A stretch of 64,000 nt of DNA, from assembly GCA_965637545.1 (NCBI GenBank), contig OZ281495.1, forward strand, positions 23,002,001 through 23,066,000. The letters are read 5' to 3'. Each line of letters starts with the position of its first letter. The stretch's first letter is position 1. Both the position numbers and the translations under genes were made by a program. Of the stretch, positions 1 to 12,400 are shown one piece after another. The stretch comes from Phallusia mammillata. Lineage: Eukaryota. Below the pieces are notes generated by a model. The model was not told the DNA's origin. It worked only from the letters and a program-made list of their open reading frames with translations, and did no database searches.

Positions 1-406
1 ACGTGCTTAAAAGCAGACCACAAGTCACACCACGTTGGTGGTCACACATTATATTGTTCTTCTGCTTAAAAAGATCTAGACATAAACGTTAACATTCACG
101 CATGGTGAAATCAAGATTTGGTAAACAATACAACGACAAACAATGCTAAAACCGACATTACTCTGGGCTTTTTCAGCTTGGAAGCAGTAGAACTAATTCA
201 CCAGCAAACCCTTGGTGAAAACAAAATCGACTCTAGTCAAGCTTTATCAAAGAAATTGCATTCGAAGAAGCTGATGCTAAATAGGCGAAATGTATGTGCC
301 TTATAACTAGAACTGGCTGACTTCTTTTTAACTTTCATTGGCTTTTACACGGTAACGCAAGGTCTTTAATACGACAAAAATTCAGAGGGAAATATGTTAT
401 TCGTAC

Positions 407-3400
407 CTGTGTGGCAATGAAGGCGGAATTTTTCAATGTCACAGGTACTGCTGAGGATGGAACGTCACGTACAGCTTTGCTTGGGGATTTGAGAAACGCG
501 CAGTTCCTCACGTAATTCGCGTTAATGTAGGTCGAGAGTGCGTCGTCCTCTTCATCACCGGGACAGCTTTCCAAAACCACTCGGCTATGTTCGTCTGTAG
601 AAACATATTAAGGGTTAAAATAATTTTTGTTAGAGGACATCTAAATTGAAACTGATAGTCGCTGGCTATAAACAAGTTTTAGTGAGGAGTTGGTAAACTT
701 TTATTTTTGTTTAACAACGCGAAAAATGACTATTAGGTGCAGAGGGAGAAAAGTAAAACAAAGTAATCTAACCAAAAGTTATGAAATACACTGCACTGAT
801 ATATTATAGAACTTTAAGAGCTTTTTATTTGCTCAAAATAAACGTTTAACATTTTGTTCGTCTGTGGGTCAACTGAGCACAGTTTCAAATGCCTATTTGT
901 CATGCATGATATTTGTTTTCATTTGTTTCCTTTTGGTGCGCGGTACTTTCGATGATACTATTATTTCCCGTAAAATCCCTTGGTTAACAGCAGTGTCGCG
1001 TTTTCGGTATTTATTCACACATTATAAATAACCACGCCTATAGTGTGATTCAAACTCTCAACGCCAACGTCAGTTCTTCCCAATAGGGAAAGTCCCGCGT
1101 GGTCGTGACGTACTTGGCAAAATTGTGCGGTAGCGATTCTTAGTGCCGTGGCCGGCGATGCTAAAGTGTTTCTCCGAAGGATGGTTCATAGGTATTTCCC
1201 AGAATTCCTTCTGCAGTCGCGTAAGGTCACACGCCTTGTTCTGAATCTCGTCCGGCAGAAGCGGAGATGAGGCTTGTTGGAGATAGGTCAATGGCTTGCT
1301 GCAGAACAAAAGCAACGTATTTTGATCACACCCATAAAAAACTTAATCACAATATTGATTTTGCACTCAAAATGCATATTTCTGCATGTTTACATTCAAA
1401 AAAACAGCCGATCATTTAAAACCATTTTAAGACAGTATATTGCTCCCATACAAATGGACTTCAAAATATTTTTAATTACAATAAAATCAACCTTTCAGGG
1501 CTCGTTTGGCAAGTATATACAAGGTTAATATTATGCCTGACAGCAACAGCTTATAGGCTACATATTGCAAGAAATTGCTACCTGTTTTAGTAATTTTAAA
1601 TTTTAGTTACTTTTGAGTATACTTACGGTGATTTTGAGGTAGCAGGATTGGAAGAATTGGATTTCTCGCCAGCTCTTAGTGAAATTGTCAACGCAACATT
1701 TGATCCTCTTCTGCTCAACAAAATAAAAGTGTTAACATTATCAGTAAACATGTGCAAGTTTTTAAACAGAAAATCTTATAGTATGCACCTATGAATTAGG
1801 CTAAAACCAAGATGACTCAATTTGTAGGTAAACATGTCATCTTTTCACAAATATATGTTGAATTGGATAATTGTTAATGTTGTTTGACTTGTTTAAACTT
1901 ATTTTATAAGAAACTATGTATTAAACTGCAGTTATTCATCACAACCTTAGCTGAGTTGCTCCTTTTGAAAAAAAAACATGCATACAAAAGAAACAGCATC
2001 AATTATATAACTTATTTTGCAATGATCTAAACTGCCTCACTAAATTTACGACACTATCAATATTAGAAAACAAATGTTACCTTTCTAAGAGCCCTGGTTT
2101 GGTCCTGGACTTCATACTTTTACACAACAGGGGAGCAATTTTGTCCTCTGCTTCAATAGCTGCATTACACACGCTTCTATAATCGCTGTCTCCAAGCACA
2201 TAGTCTGCAAACAATGAAAATATGCATAATTAGGTCATTTTTAGTGCATAGCCTTTGTTTAATACTATACAATCACAGGCAATCAAAGTTGTTAAAGGCT
2301 GTAATATTTTTACATTACAAGACAATTTAAAACCGTGCTTGTGATACAGAATCAGTACAAGACAAAAGCAAATGGAAACCAACAGGGTGAGTGTATTTCG
2401 TATTTGGGCGCGCGAGTTACCGCAGCACGATACCTGTCACTGCTTCTAAATAATTTACGCGGCGACCTGGTTCAGTGGCGGGTGAAAACCACGAGTGCGA
2501 TAACCAGCATGCAAATCGTTCCAACTACACCCCGACTTCCGCCAGCTCGTTACTAATCGGATTCAACGCGAAAGGCGCACTTCCAGCGGCGATGCAATTA
2601 CGGATGATTCGCTCGCCGTCGTACGCAGCAGCATCTGGGCCAGCACTGGGCGGTTGGAGTCCAGCGCTTGAGCCTTACACGCCGCGTTGATGACAGGAAA
2701 GAGTGACGTGCTAGCAGCGCACTGCTGACTCAACCCAGCCCAAGCGAAAATAAATTCTGCACAACGCGCCTCTCTTACAGTTAGATAGGCAACGTATACT
2801 CTTACTGACGCATGACGCCATACCTTGCAGAATGCTATTTATACCACCCACTTGCGTACAGGTCCATTAATTGAGAACCACTGAACGCCTAAATGCTTCC
2901 CAATAAATTTGAATAGATAGCTATATATCAACCCGTTAATGGCCGTTTTACGCTTTCATGCAAACCACACAGTGCGTAACTCTCCCAGCCACATTTTCAC
3001 CTCTGGTTGCCTGGCCTTACAAACACAGCGTACGTATAAACAGCAGTGAAGGGAAACATGGCTCGATGTGCCTGGAAATCCTATCTTAAAACTGACTACT
3101 TGTTCCTCGCTTAACTTCCTATTGAATGCTACACAACCTCTGCTAACCAAAAGCAACTATTACTTACCCACTATAATACAAATCAAAATCTGGAAGCTAT
3201 AGGCAGCAGCTAAAATCGCTTGGCCATATTGACTGAATGTCACGAAGCCATTGACAAGACAGACAGCTATCTGCGTCCGTATTCTGCTGACACCTGTCAA
3301 GAATACTGGCGTACAATTGGCACGATCGATCGGATGTGTTTCGTCATCTGACGCAAACAGCCTTATGGCCTCGTTTCGTTCTGTGGTGAAACAAGTGCTG

Positions 3401-6400
3401 TATTCTGCCTGTCCGCGCTTTTACTGTCCATAAATGCCGCCCCAACCTACTATGTGGGCCCGTGAGTCGTTCGAGCCTCTATAAATACGCTTATACGCGC
3501 AGTGATGCGAGCTAAAGGCGCCACACGACTGACTGCTGTCTCATGGACGCTTCACCCCTGGGTTTAAAAACTGACTGAAATTTTTTTTCCCACAAAAAAC
3601 ATTTAAAACTGAACATACATGCAAATCGCACCCCCGCTGCTACACGTGCGAAAAGGCTCAAGTTGTTCCTGCCCGTGCTGACATGCCGAAGCTGTTCTGC
3701 TTATCGCGGATATGGCGCAAGCGCGTTTAGTACGTCACCTTTCTTTTTATTTAAATGGTGACAATACCCGTTGCTATGACTACCGCTGGTGCGTTTACGT
3801 GTGCGTATTACAGTTTATCCGACGATTGTGTGTCACCAACACAGGATGTGCACTTGCTGTATTGCATTTACAGCGTATACCATCTGTTAGCAAATACTAA
3901 GAGCGTAAGATACGTCGCCATTGCGCAAATCTTACGCAATACAGCAAACACTTTGAATATAAGGAAGGTTAAATATAAACCTTACAAGTTGTTTTACCTG
4001 GATCAGGAGTGTATGGTAGGCGCTTCAAGGCAGGCACCGTCGTGTTTTGAAAGGCCACGGATGCGGCCAAAAACTTTAGGGTTTTCGGTCGTTCGCACAC
4101 CGAATTGTCGAGACTTCTGAAAGAATTGTTCAGCGGCTTCAACGCGTGAATGATGACGTCTTGTTTCGAGTCACGTGGACTCGGAGGCGACGGCGGCGGC
4201 GAGTGACTTGAATTGGTAAAAGTGATGTTTTCAGCAGAGTGTGCGCTTCTAAACAAAAAGTAACAACAATTAAGGCATGTCGATGACGGTGCATAGTAAG
4301 TGTGCAACGTAGCTTTATTATAGGAACGTAAGCTTTATTATAGGTCAGCAGGTTTAGAGTGGTCAAAGTGCAAATTATGTCCAACCAAGGTGCAAGGCAA
4401 GACTTTGTTTTGACACAAAAGAGATTCTACTGTAGCACATGGTTTACTACAGCTATCAAGAATGCTTAAACGTTTCCGTAAACGTGAAGGCGTCATTCGA
4501 TAACAAATTACACTGTGCGCAAACTTATTGTTATCTGAGCATCTACCGTCGTCCTTGGTTTCACTTACCTCGTGGACGAATCGATTTCGGTTTCTTGCAC
4601 GATCTGCATGTTGGATTTATTGCAAATTATCGGTTTTATTCCACTTAACGGCACGCTTTCCTCATACTGTGCTTCGTCAACAGTTGGCGTCAGGTTGCTA
4701 CTTCCCACACTATTGTAATATTTCCAAGTTCTATGTGCGCTAAACGTCTGCAAAGAGATAAATAAGATGATAAATGTTATCAAAGAGCTGCATTGCTCCT
4801 TACACCATTATCTATTACGTTCCAAATTTATATCAGCGTTAATTTTAACGCCAGTAGTCATTTAAGGAACTCTAATATGGTAAGCTAAGATGACAAACAT
4901 TCATATGGGATAAGCCCTAAAGCTTTCATGCAATGGGCTTAGCGTACTATGATAACTATTTATTCATAAATTTGCCTAATGTATCCAACACTGCTGCATA
5001 AAATCACTTGAACTGGACGTGCTTCAGCAAACAACCTCGCTTGGAATGGACAAACTTGCAACAACCACAATGTTTACAGCTTAACTGCTACAGTGACCAT
5101 TCTTTTAACAACGCGCGAAGTCAGCTTGGCCAATGCGCAAATCAACACCAGCTTTAAACTTGATACAACACAAATACGCATTGTGCAGTTATGTGAAGCC
5201 TTAATAAGCTGCCTCTTTTCCAGTGGTTTTCAACCTCGACCCTTTACAGTTATCCGATTACTCTTCAACCCTTTCGAGAATCTTAAATTCAAAAACGAGT
5301 CTTTATGGAAACGGAAAACTCAACTGTTTTTCTTATTAAATGCTAGATTTTGTGTTTTCACTTTCCTGTAGTCATGAATTAATGAACCGTCGCAGTCCTT
5401 TGCTTCACTTGTAAGGAGAATTCAATAATAAGGAAAGATTTACTACGTTAACTGCTATTTTTTAGATCTCACGACGTCACAACAATTGCTCTACGAAGAC
5501 AGAGATTATATTAGCTCCGAATTTACTAGAAACACAAGAAAATTTACTATCCAGCTATAAACGCACTGCTGGTCCTCTGTTTTGAAATGCGGTACACAAA
5601 CAAACCACGCAAACTGCCAGAACCGACGCCCACCACAAAGTTGTAGGTTTGTGGCCGAGCAGCTGCCACCAGAAAAGCTGCTAAGAAGACAAACAACGCG
5701 ATGTAAGGCCCCTGACGCGTTGTAAACAGCAGAAAAACGAGTGGTTTACGTGGGCAGTTAAGTCGCATGTTATCAATACAAAGCTGCGAAAACTTACAAC
5801 ATCGTATTTGCACAAGGTACGGCAACTATTCTTCGCGCAATCGTTGAATCCCGCGCGACAAGCAATGAAAGGCCACGACTGATAAGTTCTACTTGCACTT
5901 CTTCTAAAACTTCCTAACACAGATACACATTTCTAAGCTACAATATTGCCTTGGTGCGAGTAACGCTGTTTGCTTGATCTGTAACTTCGGAACAATGTCC
6001 TTGCTTGACTAGTTGGCTGGGAATATAGGAAACTACGTGTTATGTCCGACCAAACAAGCAACTAATACGATCAATCACTTTAACTCGTGCTAACTGCTGA
6101 CCGCATGAAGTGTCCACTTGAGAAAATTGGCGACCTTAGGATCAAAATTGGCTGCTTGGGAGCGGTCCTCGCCTCAAAGTGCTTGCGTATTAATTAGGGT
6201 GAGAACGCGAGGCGGTGCTTCCGCCTTGACAGCAGGTGGTGACTGTGGCGACCAGATCAGCGGGTGACTGTGCACCAGAGATCGATAAATCCGGGCGCAG
6301 ACATAATTCCCAATTTCCTTTGCTTGTGGTGGTTTACTCAAAGAGAAACTAAAGGCCTTGTTTGTACTGAAAGATTTTTATTACGAGGGTTTAAATAAAA

Positions 6401-9400
6401 CCTGAATATTATACAGACCATAAAAATCTGAAATACATTTTTTTATGCCAACATGACGACAAACAAATGTCGCGCTTGATGAAATACCGGAGACAATACG
6501 GGTCGATATAATGAACGAGATTCACCGCAAACATGTTTTCGACATTTGAGCGCCAGTCATACCTGTCTTTCGGTTAAGAATCTACGACAAGGAAACGAGT
6601 CGTGAGCATATCCCGTGGCACACGTTTATGACAACTCTAAACGTGAATAGAAACTGCTACCTGAACCCTTGAAAGGCAAATCTACTCAACTGACAGCATA
6701 CCATAGGTTTCTGCCACTATGGTTCACTGTACCCTCTGTGTATGCTGGTGCACCTCTCCAACTGCGGGAAGACATGCAACTTAAACTGCACTCAACAAAT
6801 CTAATAGCTCGCTTCCAGCCGTTGCATTCACAATCATAAGTCAACCAAAACAATCGACTCCACTTTCACTTCAGCAATATAAGCACAAAACGGTTAGAGA
6901 ACAATAGATGGCGTCACGCTTCCGGTCACGTGAGAGCCAGCGCTGCGGTGAAAAAAGGGGTCGACCGCTGCCATTTCCTGCATAATTCAGAAGGGGGAGA
7001 AATGCAAATCCATTTCTCGTCGCGACGGAAGCTCATTTTACAATGGACTCGGCGGCCGTAAGCGGCGATTACTGTGGAGTGCGATCGGAAGCCCGGAATA
7101 ATGGAGTAATTAATTGGGTTGTGAGCTTGCAAGGAAAAAGCGGGACGGGCTCGAGGCTGCCGAGGACGGCGTCGTTTGAAGGGCGAAATATCCGCCTGCC
7201 GCGTAATTGACACATCCAGTAAAGTGTCAAGCGACAGAGGCAATACAGTAAACACGATTAAATAAACTACATCCGCAAACGGCGGTTTGAACTTTCAACG
7301 ACTGTTGTTGGGTGCAATAGGCAATGTTGTTTTGCATGTACTGCAGACACAAGCGCAGATATATTATGTGTACATAAACCTTAAAAAATCATTTAATAGC
7401 CATCATAGGGGTAAACGTCCGGTCGATAAAATATAGCGCACAAAAATATCATTCTGAAATATATAATGTTGGCTAAAAACACAGCGACCAGGTGTATACA
7501 TCTCATAACCCCACCTAGCGAGCAAAATTAACAAAAACTGTTCGTGGAGAATGATTTAACTCAAAATATAAATACTTTACTCTGGAACCAATCCAAAATG
7601 TAACCAAAAATCCCACACACTTTGTTACCGAATGAAGTCAGCCAACAGACTTCATTTGAGACTGCGACCCGACGGTGAAAGTTTTAAACCAACAATGTAT
7701 TATAGAAATACAACGTCACATGCACAATATACAACACTAACAAGTTGAAATAACCAACCGAAACTCCTCAATAAAGTAATAAAACAAAAATAAGATGCAA
7801 ATACTTAAAAGCAAAAAAAAGCATGTGCTACTAAAATGCCTTTTTGTTTGGTGTGGACTTTGCAACACTAGCAATTGTACAATAATGGATTATATTCTAA
7901 ACCCGGGTGGGGTTTTAGCTTGCATAGTGGAATGAATTGCCAATTACAATTGTAAAACTATGCACAAATTTTCATTTAAAACTCAAGAACAGCCTCTAAG
8001 AAAAGCAAACAAATAACCGATTGCAAGCGAATAAAAGTTTCAATTCAGCATACAAAGCATTGGCTGCAAACAAACACAAAACACTGCGCCAAACCTTCGA
8101 ACAAAAACAATTACCTTTGGACAAAGCGGTAATCACCAAACAAAAAAGAGTTTGTGCGCCACAATTCAAAGAAAACTGCTATTGGCCTTACTGCCTTGTT
8201 TGATGCTTGCAGCCCTTTTTGACAAACGCACGCCAGGGGCAAGGTGCTGCTGGACTTCGCAGTTGCAAAATTACCGACTAATTACAGTGACAAGCTGTCA
8301 CAGTTTGCGCGACAAAGCAAGACTAATTTAGTTGAGCAAAACGACTTCCTGTAAAATTATGAGGCATTTAAATTGACGCTAATACACCTGGCATTTATTT
8401 TAAGCGCCGTAACGATGACAAACGGTTATGGCATTCTGGTTACAATTTTTTTTAAAGCGGTACAGTTATTTCTGTAAAGGGTTAAACCACAGACTAACGA
8501 TTTTTCGACGAATTCCTCCAGTAACAATTCAAAACATTTTCATTCCTTCCTATTATACTGCATAGTAGATGCTAACCCGTGCTAAGGTCGTTGAAAATGA
8601 GGCCTTTCATCAAATTCACAGGTCATATTCCCAGAGCTAAAGTATCTACTTCCAAATCACATTTGAAAAGGAAATTCCTCCCCTGAAGTTTTAAAATTTC
8701 TCCTGGTTGGGAACCTCTGAGTTATAGTATCCAGCTTGTATACTGGGTACAAATACATTAAAGTACTACAGACAAACGATCTATTTTGCAAATCTTTTTA
8801 TATAACATATGATTGTGAAAGGTACCTCAGGGTCAAACGGACAGTGAGCTTCTTTGCAAAAACCCAACTAGGGCTTAAAATAGCTTCGAAAACTTTTCCT
8901 GGCGACACCAAATCATGACCGAATGCTTTTGTACACAACTGTGTCGTCATGTATTTTTTACGCTTAAATGAATGTGACACACGGAACGCTTTGGGCAGTT
9001 TCGCGCCGAGTTGAAGCGAGTATACCACAAACACAGAAATAGAAAATGCAACTTTCCGAATAGAACATCAACAAAGTTGGTGCTAAGGGTAATTTGCCGA
9101 AACTGTATGAACGCATTGCATACGACTTTCGCAAAGTCACGTGACACAAAATTTGACTGCATACTGTGACCTTCTTTTAAAGCCATTTTAATTTGTCATA
9201 AATCAGGCTCTTTCAGGTGGTTTTAAAACCATATAATACAAAAAAACTAACATTACAAAATATCTAATTTTCACACCACATGATTTTAACGTCTTGAAAC
9301 TGTGAAAAGAACAGCAAAATGCGAAACTGGTCTTTTATGATCCGTTCCATGGATGCAGGAAAACTACCCTAGACTAAATGTGGAGAAATCGCATTGAACA

Positions 9401-12400
9401 ACAATCGATTAGAAAACGAGCAGGCCCGTTTCCAGGCGCATTGAAAGTAAACTCGTATTCAAAGCAACAAGGCGGACGATGATTGAGGGATTAATGTCGG
9501 CAGCAGAAACAACGCAAATATTGGGCCGAGTAATTAGTAAAGAAACCCGATACCTTTGTCCGGCTTGGTAAAAATCGTGGGAATGGATCGTCATTTTAGG
9601 ATTTCAAAAACATGATATTTACATCAAGAAACCACAAACCGCCGGTCTGGGTTTGGAAAATAAGCCTGAAAGCAGTGTCATTGGCAAAAAGTTCTCTATT
9701 AGGAAACTGCTGTACTTAGGGTTAGCGCAGTTTACAGGTCCATGAACACACATACGCTTGTTTGTAATACGCAGCAGAGAGCTAGCTGTTTCTTAACTTA
9801 TTTTCCGTATGCGAAAAATCAAACGAAGTAAGACCTAAAAATATTGCCGTTGAGAAATGTATTCAAATTTCGAATGTTTTTCAATATAGTTTAATGCATA
9901 TTTCCTGAGTACTTTCCTTGTGCCCTAAGATCGTGATAGTAAAGGTGGGGAAACCCTTGGAACACCCCTTAAAGCAGCGGTTCCCAAACTGGGGTCCGCG
10001 GTCCTTTAGGGGTCCGTGGGGCAATTTTTTGGGGTCCGCGAAGCGGTTGAAGTAATTCTATAATCTTTTTTGGCGTCAGTTTGTGCCACTAAATAAGTTT
10101 AAATCAAAGTAGAATTGAGAATCGACTGTCTCCATTGCTAAACAATGGCCTTTATTGAATGACAACTATCAAAAATGCAATTGTTCGCGCACAATCGTAA
10201 TGTTTTTTGTCCTGTTTGTGATGTCATATGCTGTCTTTGTATGATTGTTATGCGCAATTTTGCATAATTAGCTAAAATCCTGCAATCAACTTTAGTTTTT
10301 ATGAAATACACATTTAGGCTTAAGGACCGCGAGCCCTCGAAATAATGGCAAAGGGACCGTTTTGAAAAAAATATGAAAAAGTTTGGGAACCACTGCCTTA
10401 AAGGAACTCCCGGGAATTTACTTTACTCATGTCAAAATCCAAACGTTGAGCCAAGCATCCACTTTTAAATCAGTCATTTTACTTCACGACGGGTTCCGAG
10501 AATGAACATTTGTTCAACGTATTACACAGGTTTTTTCGTCTTTCCGGAGATGGCACTTTAAAACATAAAGTGTAGACCATTCGTGAAAGTTCAGTTTTTA
10601 ACCTTTTTCTGTGCCCTATACTTCATGAGTTTGGTCATACTTTTTAAAAAACGTTTCAAATAAATGCGGATCACAGATACGTGAGCTTTTGCGACACCAA
10701 GCGGACATCAAAATTCATTACTTTGTACCAGCCATATTTGGCCACCTAACGACGTTCATACGAATAATAAATTCCATATTAAGGCGAATGACATTCGATC
10801 AAAGTATAGACACCAAAAAAGCTTGTTGATCTTATATACGAAACGTAAAAATGCTATCTGATGTTATGCAAGTAACGTTTCTTGTTTTATGTAATTTTTT
10901 GTTTTCACAAAGTTCTGTCAAATGCATTGGCGTATTTCTTGTAAAATTATGTGGTGAAAATTATTCAAACTTGACGAAAGATTTCAAACAAGTTTGTAAA
11001 CTTATCGTTGTGTTGCGAAAATTTAAAAATGCACAATTCCAGGATGGCTATCTACTGACATAAATTATTTACACGCCTTGGTCACATTTTTAGCCCACGA
11101 GGCCATGGAGAAGTTACCTTTGCGAAACCCCTGTAGCCTTACAGCCAAACTAGGTCACTATGCCAAAAGACAGTTGTAGTGTTTATGAACTGCTGCTTTT
11201 TTAGGAAACAATGTTCGTGCAATGCAACACAGCCTTCTGTAAATGAAATCTGTAGTTTTGATTGCGCAGTACAGCGTCACATCCGAATCGTGTTCAGTTG
11301 TGGCTATAATCAAATTCTAATTGTGAGTAGAAATACACGCAAATCTATCTCCAAGAATTATTGACTTTTGCACGCACAATGTAGGCTACTTCGAACAATA
11401 GTGTTTTTACATGCAGTTATTTTAATTCTTGATTTTGCATTGGAAAAGCCAGCAGTAACCAAAAGAGTAGTTTTAACTAAAAAGCAACAAACAGTTGGTC
11501 CTAAACCTCTTCAGAAGAAATCTTGATCCATTGACAACAAAACAAATGCAGGTATTATAATTCGTGTTTTGGGGATAGCCAAGCGGTAACGAATACAGTA
11601 GTAATAAACTAACAAAACCCAAAGCTAGTCTTGAAATTTTACAACAGAATCCATTGAGAAAAAACAAAGTCTATTAAAAAGGTCACAAACCATTGATCAT
11701 GGCCTGTGCCGCCGTCAAATGATAATCAAATATTAATCAGCCTACATCACGTATATCGATAAACTGCAAACTCGCTGACAGCAAGTTTTACTAGAAACGC
11801 GAAACATGTTGTAATGTGTGCTTAGCTTGTCAGCGTGTTACGCGTAATTTTATGGTTAAGGGGACAGTATGAGTAAATTTGGTTGTTCGATAAAGAACCA
11901 GTAAGGAAGTCACATGTTTCTGCCAAGAAATCATGATGCTTTAACTATAGTTCACAACAAACGGAAGTTGGGTACGTAATATTGGAAAGTTTTCGGAAAC
12001 TTTCATACAATTAACTTTTGAATAGCTTTTATGGAAATAGTATATTTTGAAATCAGCTGTTTGGCGCCTAATATTTTGTAATTTCGAAATATTAAAACTG
12101 CCATAAATTCATTGCACACGTAATTCTAGTGACGCACATTTTAAAAGCTTTAACTGATGTATATTAATCCTAACAAACAACTAAACACCAAAAACACAAA
12201 AGTGCTACATTCAAAGATAAATTCCTACGTCCTTACTGTACAAATTCCGGTAATACTTTTGAATAGAAAACTGCTTTCAGGCTGGTTTATTTGTTTCATT
12301 TGGGGATAAATATGTATCGGAGATGTTACGATTGTGGTCACTGTTTTCCCAGGCACAACTACAATACACCGGAGCCAGTCGATGAGTCACGGCAAAGTTG

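Noticed and set aside
9370-9575. Short protein-like plus-strand ORFs in the phosphatase intron
   Set aside because: Frames under 35 codons that do not link into a gene and show no recognisable homology.
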